A stretch of 64,000 bases of DNA from an uncultured Lachnospiraceae bacterium (GCA_946535445.1 CAMNDN010000002.1:5831-69830), one strand, 5' to 3'. Counted from the first letter of the stretch, positions 1-10,219 are shown. The notes: a model not told the origin generated them from the letters alone. Numbers and translations are program-made.

Positions 1-53
1 CAGAAGCAGATCCAGCGGACCGTCAAAAACCGACAGTTCTACATTTAAAGCCA

Positions 54-902
54 TTATCCCTCCTTAATGTCGATACATACGAGTTCATGCGGATTGAAAA
101 TTCTGATGGGCACCTCGTGATCTCCGAGACCGGAGCTGGTAATCATATTTGTTCCGTACGGTACATTTTCACCGGCCGGAAACAGGTCTGACGTGTTCCG
201 GAAGGTGCCTGTATCATCACACCAGATATACTGACCATAGCCGTGTTTCGGGTAATAGAACCCATATGGACTCATCATTGCTCTTCCGCTGAACGGAGAT
301 CGTAAGAGCCCTCCATGGTAATGTCCGGAGACGATAAGATCCGCCCCCCATCTGTAATAGAGATCGCCGAAGGTCGGGTTATGAGCGAGCAGCAGCTGAA
401 AAGAACCGTCAGCTTTCCGTACGCCGATCCTGTCTGTCAGATACTTTTCCGACATATGATGAATCCTGAATTTCCTGTATTTGTTCAGCCCCAGTTCAAG
501 ACCGTAAATCCAGATCGGATTGTCTTTGACCGTAATATGCTCAGAACGATTATTGAGCACATGAACACCGGCTTCTCTGATCCCGTGATAAAATTCATCA
601 TAAAGAGCGGGCGTATATTTACGCAGTTCCGTCTCATGGTTACCGTTCGAAAAATAGACCGGTGCGATCTGCGTCAGGGCAGACATAAAAACCAGACCTC
701 TGTCACACGGGACATCTCCTCTCCCGATTATTATATCGCCGGGGCACAGAATAATATCAGGATGACTGTCACTGACTGCACGTAAGACGCTGCGATTATA
801 ATCGTCGCGGTCAGCACTGTGCAGATCAGAAACAAGTATGCAGCGGAACGGTCTTTTTATTTTTTCGGATTTGACCGTATAAGTCTTTTTTCGAAAGTGC
901 AC
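54..902 (-). CDS. Calcineurin-like metallophosphoesterase (YkuE/YaeI-like)
   Basis: Motifs SDLH, GD, NGNHE, AHNP, GHYHGG; GTG start after GGAGGGAG. Confidence 0.85.
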   Translation of the reverse strand: MHFRKKTYTVKSEKIKRPFRCILVSDLHSADRDDYNRSVLRAVSDSHPDIILCPGDIIIGRGDVPCDRGLVFMSALTQIAPVYFSNGNHETELRKYTPALYDEFYHGIREAGVHVLNNRSEHITVKDNPIWIYGLELGLNKYRKFRIHHMSEKYLTDRIGVRKADGSFQLLLAHNPTFGDLYYRWGADLIVSGHYHGGLLRSPFSGRAMMSPYGFYYPKHGYGQYIWCDDTGTFRNTSDLFPAGENVPYGTNMITSSGLGDHEVPIRIFNPHELVCIDIKEG

Positions 903-927
903 TTTTCTTCTCCCTCCGCACTGAGAT

Positions 928-955
928 AAAAATCCCCGGCATATTGCCGGGGATT
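928..955 (-). terminator. Intrinsic terminator after rpsU
   Basis: AATCCCCGGCA-tat-TGCCGGGGATT hairpin with T-tract on minus strand. Confidence 0.8.
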
Positions 956-963
956 CTCACTAC

Positions 964-1140
964 TCAGTTATATTTTCTCTTACGGGCAGCTTCGGATTTC
1001 TTCTTGCGGCGAACAGATGGTTTTTCATAATGTTCGCGCTTGCGGATTTCCTGCTGGATGCCGGCCTTCGCACAGCTGCGCTTAAATCTTCTAAGTGCGC
1101 TGTCAAGCGATTCATTCTCTTTAACGATAATGCCTGCCAT
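964..1140 (-). CDS. rpsU: 30S ribosomal protein S21 (58 aa, absent from ORF track)
   Basis: Manual translation [58 protein letters not shown]; SD GGAGGTGA. Confidence 0.97.
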   Translation of the reverse strand: MAGIIVKENESLDSALRRFKRSCAKAGIQQEIRKREHYEKPSVRRKKKSEAARKRKYN

Positions 1141-1223
1141 GAACTGATCTCACCTCCCCCTGAACCTTTTGGGGTTATTTTTTCTGACTGCTGACTTAGA
1201 ATCAACAGTCACACAGTGCTTAC

Positions 1224-1252
1224 ATTATACTCCGCTGACTTATATCCGTCAA
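1224..1252 (-). promoter_or_regulatory. SigA-type promoter of rpsU
   Basis: TTGACG-17 bp-TATAAT. Confidence 0.75.
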
Positions 1253-1271
1253 TGGGTTTTTTAGATACCTT

Positions 1272-3926
1272 TTATATCTGATTCTTCAGGATATCCATCG
1301 CCCTGGACAAAGCAGCATCGATCCTGGAAGCATCCTTGCCGCCGGCCTGAGCCATATTCGGTCTTCCGCCGCCGCCGCCACCGACGATTTTGGCCGCCTC
1401 CCGGATAATATTTCCGGCATGAGCACCTTTCTTAACAGCTGTATCGGATGCCATGACCATGAGATTGACCTTTCCGCCGTTGTCCGCAGCGAGAATGATG
1501 ACACAATCAGAGAGTTTATCCCTGAGGGAATCACCGAGATCCCGCAGGCCGTTCACATCAACGTTCGTAAGCTTTTTTGCTACGACCTTGATGCCGTTGA
1601 CATCTACAGCTTCGGAAGCGGCATCGCCGAGGGAAGCCTGAGCAGCTTTCGCTTTCAGGGACTCGATCTCTGAAGCGAGCTGACGGTTTCTTTCCATGAG
1701 CTTCTCCGCATGATCGAGGACATCCGCCTGAGATGTCTTCAGGACTTTCGCTACATCATTCAGCTTTTTCTCGATTCCTCTGTAATAATCGAAGACATTC
1801 TTTCCCGTGAGTGCTTCAATTCTTCTTACACCGGCAGCGATACCTGTCTCGCTGATAATTTTAAAGGCCTGGATCTCACCGGTATTTTTGACATGTGTTC
1901 CGCCGCAGAATTCCTTTGAGAAATCGCCCATGCTGACAACGCGGACCTTCTCACCGTATTTCTCGCCGAAAAGAGCCATCGCTCCTGTCTTTCTGGCCTC
2001 TTCGATCGACATTATATCTGTTCTGACAGCAAGTTCTTCACGGATCTTTTCATTCACAAGATCCTCAACGGCAGCGATTTCATTCGGATCCATCGGTTTG
2101 AAGTGAACGAAGTCAAAACGAAGCCTGTCCGGAGAAACGTAGGAACCCTTCTGTTCAACGTGATCGCCGAGCACGACTTTAAGCGCTTTCTGAAGCAGAT
2201 GTGTGCCGGAATGGTTCTTCTCTGTATTCAGACGTCCGTCCTTATCAACAAGAAGATGTGCTGTATCGCCGATCTTGATAACACCGCTTACAACAACACC
2301 GATGTGTGCTATTTTTCCGCCGCTGATCGGCTGTGTATCTTCTACCCTGAACTCGCCTTCCGCAGTGCTTATAAGTCCCTTGTCACCGATCTGACCGCCC
2401 ATGGTAGCATAGAACGGGGATTTTTCCGTGATGACAGTACCCTTGTCGCCTTCTGCCAGAGCCATTACAGTCTCACCGGGATCATCGTCCGTGATTTCCG
2501 TCGTCAGGATAATGATTTCAGAATCATCCTCGATTCTGTCATATCCGGTAAATTCGGAAGAGATGGAAGGATCGAGTTTGTCATAAATTGTGAGATCTTT
2601 TCCGATATAAGTAGAAGTCTTTCTTGCTTTCCGGGCGCGCTCACGCTGCTCCTGCATAGCTGCCTTGAAACCGTCCTCGTCCGCACTAAGACCCTGATCC
2701 CTCAAAATGTCCTGTGTGAGATCTGACGGGAATCCATATGTGTCATAAAGCTCGAATGCCTTCTCGCCGGAAAGAACGGTCTCGCCGTTCTTCTTCATGT
2801 CATCGATATACTCGTTCAGGATCTTAATGCCCTGGTCGATGGTCTTGGCAAATGCAGCCTCCTCACTTTCAAGAACACTGTGAATGAATACCTTCTTTTC
2901 TTCCAGTTCCGGATATCCGTCTTTGGACGTCTCGATGACCGTATAGGAGAGATCTGCCATGAAATTGCCCGGTATACCAAGTCTTCTTCCGGCCATGGCT
3001 GCACGGCGGATCAGACGGCGAAGGACATAGCCGCGTCCTTCATTTGAAGGTGTAATCCCGTCGGAGATCATGAATGTTGCGGAACGGATATGGTCAGTGA
3101 TCTTGCGGACATCGACATCAACAGCCGGATCCTCATGATATTTTTTATTTGAAATCTCACAGACTTTTTCACGAAGAGCCAGTATCGTGTCGATATCGAA
3201 CATGGAATCAACATCCTGAACAGCTACGGCAAGACGCTCAAGACCCATACCGGTATCGATATTTTTCTGCTTCAGAGTCGTATAATTACCATGGCCGTCA
3301 TTCTCGAACTGAGTAAATACATCGTTCCAGATCTCCATGAAACGGTCTCCGTCTCCGCCGGGTTCCGTATCGGTCTCATCTGTCATGTATTTTTCTCCAC
3401 GGTCATAATAGACCTCTGAACAGGGGCCGCACGGACCTGCTCCGTGCTCCCAGAAGTTATCTTCCTTTCCGAACTTGTAGATACGTTCTTCCGGAATGCC
3501 GATCTCATCGCGCCAGATTGCCAGAGCTTCATCATCTTCCAGATAAACGGAAGGATAAAGTCTGTTCGGATCAAGACCGACTACTTCTGTCAGAAATTCC
3601 CATGTCCAGTGAATCGCCTCTGTCTTGAAATAATCACCGAAAGAGAAATTTCCGAGCATCTCAAAAAATGTGCCGTGACGGGCAGTATGTCCGACATTAT
3701 CTATATCACCGGTACGGATGCACTTCTGGCATGTCGTAACTCTCTTTCTGGGCGGTACTTCGGCGCCTGTGAAGTACGGCTTCAACGGGGTCATGCCTGC
3801 GTTGATCAGAAGAATAGAGTTGTCATTATGTGGTACAAGTGAAAAGGATTTCATAGCGAGATGTCCCTTTGATTCCATAAATTCCAGGAACATCTTTCTC
3901 AACTGGTTAACACCATATTTTTCCAA
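1272..3926 (-). CDS. alaS: Alanyl-tRNA synthetase
   Basis: HGTFFEMLGNFSFGDYFK, DTGMGLER, editing HSGTH and CGGTH, C-terminal GGGGGRPNMAQAGG. Confidence 0.98.
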   Translation of the reverse strand: MEKYGVNQLRKMFLEFMESKGHLAMKSFSLVPHNDNSILLINAGMTPLKPYFTGAEVPPRKRVTTCQKCIRTGDIDNVGHTARHGTFFEMLGNFSFGDYFKTEAIHWTWEFLTEVVGLDPNRLYPSVYLEDDEALAIWRDEIGIPEERIYKFGKEDNFWEHGAGPCGPCSEVYYDRGEKYMTDETDTEPGGDGDRFMEIWNDVFTQFENDGHGNYTTLKQKNIDTGMGLERLAVAVQDVDSMFDIDTILALREKVCEISNKKYHEDPAVDVDVRKITDHIRSATFMISDGITPSNEGRGYVLRRLIRRAAMAGRRLGIPGNFMADLSYTVIETSKDGYPELEEKKVFIHSVLESEEAAFAKTIDQGIKILNEYIDDMKKNGETVLSGEKAFELYDTYGFPSDLTQDILRDQGLSADEDGFKAAMQEQRERARKARKTSTYIGKDLTIYDKLDPSISSEFTGYDRIEDDSEIIILTTEITDDDPGETVMALAEGDKGTVITEKSPFYATMGGQIGDKGLISTAEGEFRVEDTQPISGGKIAHIGVVVSGVIKIGDTAHLLVDKDGRLNTEKNHSGTHLLQKALKVVLGDHVEQKGSYVSPDRLRFDFVHFKPMDPNEIAAVEDLVNEKIREELAVRTDIMSIEEARKTGAMALFGEKYGEKVRVVSMGDFSKEFCGGTHVKNTGEIQAFKIISETGIAAGVRRIEALTGKNVFDYYRGIEKKLNDVAKVLKTSQADVLDHAEKLMERNRQLASEIESLKAKAAQASLGDAASEAVDVNGIKVVAKKLTNVDVNGLRDLGDSLRDKLSDCVIILAADNGGKVNLMVMASDTAVKKGAHAGNIIREAAKIVGGGGGGRPNMAQAGGKDASRIDAALSRAMDILKNQI

Positions 3927-3961
3927 GGTATTTTCCTCCCAAAATACAAAACATCCACAAA

Positions 3962-3990
3962 ATTATATTACATGTGAAATCATTTCACAA
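3962..3990 (-). promoter_or_regulatory. Probable alaS promoter with overlapping palindrome
   Basis: TTGTGA-17 bp-TATAAT; TGTGAAAT-C-ATTTCACA at 3973-3989. Confidence 0.6.
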
Positions 3991-4107
3991 GACTTTTTAA
4001 TTACCTGGAACACCTCGGCGTTCCTGACGAGCCGCGCAAAGTGCGAAGCACCTTCATTGATACATAAATTAAGGCACTTGGACCTTGACAAGGGGTACAC
4101 CTGCCTT

Positions 4108-4563
4108 CTACTTTCTCATGGCATCCGCTGCATCCGTCGCAAGCTTGTCACACCGCTCATTTTCAGGATGACCGGCATGGCCTCTGACCCAGTGCCAGGT
4201 AATGGTATGCGGTTCGGCAGCCTGAAGAAGTTCCTGCCAGAGATCTTTATTCAGCACCGGCTTTCCGTCTGACTTCTTCCAGCCTTTTTTCTGCCAGGAA
4301 GAGAGCCAGCCGTCCGTGAAAGCCCTGATCACATACTGAGAATCGGAATAGAGATCGACGTCACAGGGCCGGTTGAGGGCTTTGAGCCCTTCTATGACCC
4401 CCATGAGTTCCATCCGGTTATTGGTCGTCTTGTCAAATCCTCCCGACAGTTCCTTTTCGTGCAGTAGGCCCTTGGTGTCCGTATACTGCAGAACAACACC
4501 GTAGCCACCCGGTCCCTCCGGATTTCCCCGAGCCGCTCCGTCCGTAAAAATCTTAACTTTCAT
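4108..4563 (-). CDS. rnhA: Ribonuclease HI
   Basis: FTDGAARGNP, TTNNRMEL, SDSQY, WVRGHAGHPENERCD. Confidence 0.97.
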   Translation of the reverse strand: MKVKIFTDGAARGNPEGPGGYGVVLQYTDTKGLLHEKELSGGFDKTTNNRMELMGVIEGLKALNRPCDVDLYSDSQYVIRAFTDGWLSSWQKKGWKKSDGKPVLNKDLWQELLQAAEPHTITWHWVRGHAGHPENERCDKLATDAADAMRK

Positions 4564-4581
4564 ATTTTTCCTCCTGCTTCT

Positions 4582-6273
4582 TTACAGTTTCCACTCTCCT
4601 GTCTCCTCGAATCTGACAGCCTGCTCTCTTGCAGCTCCGGCAAGATCGCTGCCATAGCCGCAGACTTCAAGAAGGGTTATAGCATTACGGGAAACGGCTC
4701 GTCCGCTGTGAAGCATGTAGTCAAATACCACATCACTTCCTTCAATTTTCTCGGTAAAATGATAATTCGTATAGATTTCCTCCAGAATATAAGAAAGCTC
4801 TATATCATGTGTCGCTGCCAGGATCACAGCTTTCTTCCCGGCAAGCCTTTTCAGGATCTGAGCGGATGCGGAAATTCTCTCTATAGTATTCGTCCCGCGT
4901 AATACTTCATCCACGATACCGAGCACCGGCAATCCTTCTTCCTCAGCCGCATCCAGTATTCTCTTCAGGGACTTTATTTCAACTATGAAATAACTTTCAC
5001 CGCTGCCGATGTCATCCCGAAGTGCCATGGATGTATAGATGCGATACCTGCTCGCTCTGAATGACTTTGCCGGAACGGTGTTCACACTCTGTGCCAGAAT
5101 GGATGCGATGGCTGTGCTCTTGAGAAAGGTCGACTTGCCTGATGCATTGGATCCGGTTATGAGATTTCCGCCCCTGATGGAGAATGTGACCGGAACGGGA
5201 GCTTTTAAAAGCGGATGATACAGATCCTGTGCTTCGGTAAAGCCATGGTCATCTTCAACGAGTTCCGGCCTGCACCAGGTCCCGAGATATTCCCTGTAAG
5301 ATGCGACTGCTATCGCAGCATCCAGTTCACCTGCTATCTCGAAAATACGCATACAGGCATCTTCATTCCCCCGGTAAGCATCAATCATCTGATCGAATTT
5401 GATCAGGTCCAGATGAAACAGGATCTTGAGATATTCAAGAAGTGCAGCTCCCATTCCGGTACCGGTATTACCCGATGACGTGACCAGAAAAGCACCTCTG
5501 CCGAAAGAATTGAGTTTTCTGCGAAGATCCTTCAGTTCATCTGCATAAGTATTGATTATCTCATCATTACAGGAAGCCAGCTTTCCCGCTGCCTCCGTCA
5601 GACGAAGAACACAGGAAAAACTTCTGACGAAAATGCCAAGTCTGTCCTTCTGCCTCAGATAGACATAAATATTCATGGCAGCGACCGGAATCAGGACGGC
5701 CAGTGCAGCGACAGGATGAATAAAAAGCATGACCAGCCCGATGACCATAAGAATGCACAGGGCGATGTATTTGCCGCTTCCTATTTTTTCCGCTTCACGA
5801 AGTCTTCTGAGATGATCATAGACAGACATCTTTTTCATCCGGCCGATTTCGTTCAGTATACGAAGGATATTTCTGCGCCTGTCTGTATGACTGCTGTAGT
5901 AAGATATTATCTTTTCCCTTTCCGCAAGTAACCCGGGTTCTGCCACCGGCGTTCTCAGCCAATAGTACAGAACATCTTCACCGGGTGAAGAGAGGGCGGA
6001 ATTCATCTGCCTGAATATTCTGTCCATATCACAGTCATTCCAGGTTATATCATCCACATAAAAGCTTTTCTGTTCAAGGATCCGATCCCTGAAATAGTGT
6101 GTTATACTTTCGCTCTCTTCTGCGGTCTGCTTTATTTTAGGCAGTTTTCCCCAGTTCTTTTCAGTTCTTTCGATAAAGCGATTCCTGCTTTCTTTATTCT
6201 CTCTTATGATCATGATTGCTGCAGTCAGGACCAGCAGCGCGGCAATGATTATTATAGCTGTATACGATTCCAA
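4582..6273 (-). CDS. Membrane-anchored MutS-family ATPase (domain V, no mismatch-binding domain)
   Basis: GSNASGKS, SYFIVE, DEVLRGTN, ATHD; hydrophobic N-terminal and internal segments; TTG start at 6273 after GGAGG. Confidence 0.85.
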   Translation of the reverse strand: MESYTAIIIIAALLVLTAAIMIIRENKESRNRFIERTEKNWGKLPKIKQTAEESESITHYFRDRILEQKSFYVDDITWNDCDMDRIFRQMNSALSSPGEDVLYYWLRTPVAEPGLLAEREKIISYYSSHTDRRRNILRILNEIGRMKKMSVYDHLRRLREAEKIGSGKYIALCILMVIGLVMLFIHPVAALAVLIPVAAMNIYVYLRQKDRLGIFVRSFSCVLRLTEAAGKLASCNDEIINTYADELKDLRRKLNSFGRGAFLVTSSGNTGTGMGAALLEYLKILFHLDLIKFDQMIDAYRGNEDACMRIFEIAGELDAAIAVASYREYLGTWCRPELVEDDHGFTEAQDLYHPLLKAPVPVTFSIRGGNLITGSNASGKSTFLKSTAIASILAQSVNTVPAKSFRASRYRIYTSMALRDDIGSGESYFIVEIKSLKRILDAAEEEGLPVLGIVDEVLRGTNTIERISASAQILKRLAGKKAVILAATHDIELSYILEEIYTNYHFTEKIEGSDVVFDYMLHSGRAVSRNAITLLEVCGYGSDLAGAAREQAVRFEETGEWKL

Positions 6274-6312
6274 AATGACCTCCGGTCTCAGATTTTTATG
6301 TGACAAAAAGAT

Positions 6313-6422
6313 GAAAGGACTGCCACAGTTTCTTTTCCTATTATATACATGTCTTGAATGTATGTCGAAAACATCGTAAGACACATTATATAACGGGACA
6401 GACGTCTGTGGACAGTCCTTTC
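6313..6422. repeat. Long imperfect intergenic hairpin, probably also a terminator
   Basis: GAAAGGACTG-CCACAG ... CTGTGGACAGTCCTTTC with inner pairs TTATATA/TATATAA, TGTCTT/AAGACA, ATGT/ACAT. Confidence 0.65.
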
Positions 6423-6473
6423 TTTTATTTCACACTCTCTTCACGTTTTGGTCTTTTTAACCCCTGCGAAAGA

Positions 6474-8588
6474 TCACCAGACTTCTTCATCCAGGAAGAA
6501 GATATGACCGCGATAGAGGAACGTATTCTTGCCGCCGCCGTATGTTGCGAATTTCGCTCTTGTTGCTGCGTAACGGCTCCATGCGTTCGGTGTCATGAAG
6601 GAGTTATAGAAGAAATCTGATCCTTTCATGACGGTCCCCTGCGGAAGAGTCTTTATAGAACTCACACCTTCACCGGTCCTGGTATAGACTGTAGCGCTGG
6701 TCTCCAGGGTAATCGACTGTTTCGCCAGAACTTTGGAAGCGGCAGATTTGGCTTTCGTCAGATAACCTGCATTCCCGGCAACGATATCATTCAATACTCT
6801 GGTCAATGATCCGTTCCGGGCAACTTCCCACTGCTGATAATGATAGATCATAATATCAAGTGTACCAGGATATTCTACATATCGTCCGGCTCTTGCAGCC
6901 TCAATTCCCGATCTGAGTCGGTTCTCAATGACATAACCGACCATCATCATGCCGGAAAGACCCTGGTCACCTGCTTCCGTATAGAGGACCGCCGCAAGGA
7001 ATTCACTCTCGGTAACATCCTCTCCCATGACCGGATCCGTCAGGAATTCCTGATGTACGCGGAATGTCTTTCCCGTAGCCGGATCTACTACATACTCGGA
7101 CGTTCTCGGAACTGCCTCGGTGTAAGTCACATTCTCGAGTCTGAATTTCTGGGCTCTTGAACCATTGGCCTCATACACCTGAATATTTGCATTGTTGACA
7201 GCTGTACCGTTCGCGACATCCATTGTCAGTCCGCTCGCCAGATTCCTGAAACAGAAAATACCCCGGTTTCCTGTTATCTTCCACACCTGTGCCTTTGACT
7301 TGAACCAGGTATATTGAACAACATTGGTCCCGTTGACCTTACGTCCGCCGGAAACATGAAGCACCTGCTTGCTTCCCATGTTCGTGATATAGTAATTTCC
7401 GCTGCCCAGAGAAGTGATTCTCCACTTCTGATAATTATTGCCGGAATTTCTGTAGAGAGCTACATTCTTGCTGTTACCGACAGACTTAGAGGGCACCGAT
7501 ACGACAAATTTGTTATCGAGACAGGATCGAAGAACGAAAACACCCTCCGGCATAGTGACCGACGGAGAGGACACACGGACGAACTTAAAATACTGTGCGT
7601 CTGTACTGTTCATGGAATAAAGATCGATATTGGTGCCTATGCCTGTATTTCCCCCATAGACATCCACCACTTTTTTATGGTTGATGGAGGAAGAAATTGT
7701 ATAAAAATCATCCGATCTGGTCGTTGATATATACCATTTCTGGGCAGAAGAACTGTTTGTCGTATTCTGTTGAATATTGGTAAAGTTCTCCGTTGACCCT
7801 CCGGCAACCTCCATTTTTTTACCGGACAGAGCACTTTCTATCGTGTAATTTCCGTTTCCGAGATTCGTAAGGTAGAAAATTCTTGCAGCCTGCTGACCTG
7901 AAGGACCGAGCTGAATATTCCCTCCGTTGGCAAAGGAGTCTCCGGCCACTTCCAGGTATCTGGAAGAATTAACTTTTGAGCGGATCATATAATATCCTGT
8001 GGCAAATGCTGCTTTCTTGGTGACCGGAGCCGGCTGAGAAGAGCCTGACGCGGCCTTGACAAATTTCCACTGCTGGGCCGCGGTATTATTGGAACTGTAG
8101 ACCCACACATTGGATCCGGCCACGTTGGAGGCCCCGTAAACGTCAAGAACATTGGCAGAAATGGCTGACTGAACGGTGTAATAGCCGGATCTGGACGAAG
8201 TTGTGAGTTTCCACTTCTGCGCATTTGAATTGTTGGACGTATACTGCCATACATTTGTTCCGGATGCCGTGGAAGCCGCATAGACATCGAGCATCATACC
8301 TGAATTTTTATTCTTTATTGTATAGACGCCGTTCCCCATGTTCGTGACACGGAATACCTGAGAGGCGCTTTTGTTGAATTTGCTGATGATGATATTGGAT
8401 CCGCTGGTCTTTGAAGCTCCGTAAACATCGAGTACCTTATCGCTCCCTACACCGGAATAAATATAATAGTCACCCGTGGCGAGCGTTGTTACAGCCGTCT
8501 GGGCAGCTACGGGAACAGCTCCGATTGAAGACATTAAGGAGATGAACAGCACGAGGGCCATTGCAATTGAGATGATCCTTTTTCTCAT
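6474..8588 (-). CDS. Secreted protein with three ricin-B-type lectin domains and a C-terminal SleB/Hydrolase_2-like cell wall hydrolase
   Basis: Signal peptide MRKRIISIAMALVLF..VAA; repeated LDVYG..N..AQKW motifs; LAAVLYTEAG..VGYVIENR..YPGT..QW and terminal GHIFF. Confidence 0.8.
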   Translation of the reverse strand: MRKRIISIAMALVLFISLMSSIGAVPVAAQTAVTTLATGDYYIYSGVGSDKVLDVYGASKTSGSNIIISKFNKSASQVFRVTNMGNGVYTIKNKNSGMMLDVYAASTASGTNVWQYTSNNSNAQKWKLTTSSRSGYYTVQSAISANVLDVYGASNVAGSNVWVYSSNNTAAQQWKFVKAASGSSQPAPVTKKAAFATGYYMIRSKVNSSRYLEVAGDSFANGGNIQLGPSGQQAARIFYLTNLGNGNYTIESALSGKKMEVAGGSTENFTNIQQNTTNSSSAQKWYISTTRSDDFYTISSSINHKKVVDVYGGNTGIGTNIDLYSMNSTDAQYFKFVRVSSPSVTMPEGVFVLRSCLDNKFVVSVPSKSVGNSKNVALYRNSGNNYQKWRITSLGSGNYYITNMGSKQVLHVSGGRKVNGTNVVQYTWFKSKAQVWKITGNRGIFCFRNLASGLTMDVANGTAVNNANIQVYEANGSRAQKFRLENVTYTEAVPRTSEYVVDPATGKTFRVHQEFLTDPVMGEDVTESEFLAAVLYTEAGDQGLSGMMMVGYVIENRLRSGIEAARAGRYVEYPGTLDIMIYHYQQWEVARNGSLTRVLNDIVAGNAGYLTKAKSAASKVLAKQSITLETSATVYTRTGEGVSSIKTLPQGTVMKGSDFFYNSFMTPNAWSRYAATRAKFATYGGGKNTFLYRGHIFFLDEEVW

Positions 8589-8616
8589 TGTATCTTTCCT
8601 TCCCTTTCGTAACACA

Positions 8617-9453
8617 TTATCGCTTTGAACATATGTGTGAAAGCAAGACTGCATTCGTCACACTTCCGACCCCGCCCGGGACCGGTGTAATTGCTGAAAC
8701 GATTCTGCTTACCGCTTCATAGTCGACATCTCCGACCATTTTCCCCTCATCATTGAAATTTATTCCGACATCGATTACGATCTGACCTTCCCGGACATGT
8801 TCGGCACGAATCGTATTCGGATGTCCTGCTGCGGAGATCAGAATATCCGCCCGTTTTGTCTTTTCCGGTAAATTGACTGTTTTGGTATGACATGTTGTGA
8901 CCGTAGCATTTCCGGCGATCAGCATCTGTGCAAGAGGTTTGCCGACGACAGGTGACCGTCCGACGATCACGATATCTTTTCCGCAGATATCGATCCCGTA
9001 ATGATCCAGAATACGGACGACAGCTTCCGGTGTGCAGGGCGGGAAACCTTCTCCCGTACCTTTATAGACACCAAGCATGGATGTATCCGTCGCACCATCG
9101 AGATCTTTATCCGGTGCGATAAGATTTATCAGCTTTTTCTCATTCAGATGTTTCGGCAGCGGAAGGAACAGAAGAATGCCGCAGACAGTGGGATCCGTAT
9201 TGGCTTTCGTAATAGCCTCCGCAACGGAATTCTCCGTAGCATCTGTCGGCAGCGCATCCACGCTCAGATCGATTCCTGCCTCCTCTGCGCGCTTTCTCAC
9301 GCCTCTCTCATAGGCAAGATCACTCTTCTTTTCCCCAACACGGATAATTCTGAGAGAAGCCGGCTGACCGGCTCCTCTCATGATATCTGTTCTCCTGCGG
9401 GTATTTTCGGTTATTGCAGCGGCAACTTCCTTGCCTGAAAGTATCTGTGCCAT
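8617..9453 (-). CDS. folD: Methylene-THF dehydrogenase (FolD family)
   Basis: KDLDG, PCTP, GRSPVVGKP, IDVGIN, TPVPGGVG. Confidence 0.93.
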   Translation of the reverse strand: MAQILSGKEVAAAITENTRRRTDIMRGAGQPASLRIIRVGEKKSDLAYERGVRKRAEEAGIDLSVDALPTDATENSVAEAITKANTDPTVCGILLFLPLPKHLNEKKLINLIAPDKDLDGATDTSMLGVYKGTGEGFPPCTPEAVVRILDHYGIDICGKDIVIVGRSPVVGKPLAQMLIAGNATVTTCHTKTVNLPEKTKRADILISAAGHPNTIRAEHVREGQIVIDVGINFNDEGKMVGDVDYEAVSRIVSAITPVPGGVGSVTNAVLLSHICSKR

Positions 9454-9522
9454 ACAGCCCTCCTGGAGAAATCATATACTGATTTTTCTTACACTGGATC
9501 TTCGTACTTCATCGTGGGTATT

Positions 9523-10173
9523 TTATCTGCCAAGTCCGTTTCTCAGAAGAATTCCGTATGTCTTATCGAAGATCTTATCCGCCTTCTCCTGATAAACCGC
9601 CAGAAATCTGGCGACATCCGTATTAAGACCGCGCGCGTATTCTCTGTCTTTCATATACTGCGTGTTGGCTACAACATTAAGAGCAGCAGCTTCCAGCGCA
9701 GCTTTGCAGATCGTAGCTGCCGATCCGGTGTCAGATATGAGCATAGGAGTTCCCTTATCCAATATCTCTTCAATCAGATCGAGTGCCTGTGCCGCGCAAT
9801 CCATGACAGCAATCGGAACCTCGGCTGCCTTGTGAAGGCATTCCTCCATTACACGCTCTTTTTCGGCAATCTCCTCCGGCGTGTTCTTCGGCATCGCATA
9901 GGCTTTCGAGAGTGGTTCGAACGCTTCAGGATCCCTGTCGATGAGCTCGAGCAGTTCGTTCTGAAGTTTCCCGGCCTCGTGCATTATTTTTTTTACATCA
10001 TCCTGCACGTCAGCATATTTAGCCTTTCCGAGAGTAAAATTGCCGACCATTTTACAGAGAGCGACAGCCAGAGCCCCTACAAGCGCGCTTGTTCCTCCGC
10101 CGCCCGGGACAGGCTTTCCGGATGATAATTCACTTACATAATCTTCAATACCTAGATTGCGATAGGAAATCAT
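9523..10173 (-). CDS. fchA: Methenyl-THF cyclohydrolase / cyclodeaminase (FTCD_C family)
   Basis: LSSGKPVPGGG..SALVGALA, ISD..A, AALNV; lies between fhs and folD. Confidence 0.88.
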   Translation of the reverse strand: MISYRNLGIEDYVSELSSGKPVPGGGGTSALVGALAVALCKMVGNFTLGKAKYADVQDDVKKIMHEAGKLQNELLELIDRDPEAFEPLSKAYAMPKNTPEEIAEKERVMEECLHKAAEVPIAVMDCAAQALDLIEEILDKGTPMLISDTGSAATICKAALEAAALNVVANTQYMKDREYARGLNTDVARFLAVYQEKADKIFDKTYGILLRNGLGR

Positions 10174-10219
10174 ATGCTAAACCATCCTTTCTGATTTTAC
10201 TTTATATCCCGTCTGAGAT

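Noticed and set aside
960-1205. 81-aa ORF in the track
   Set aside because: Alternative frame over rpsU, which has the SD and the recognisable sequence
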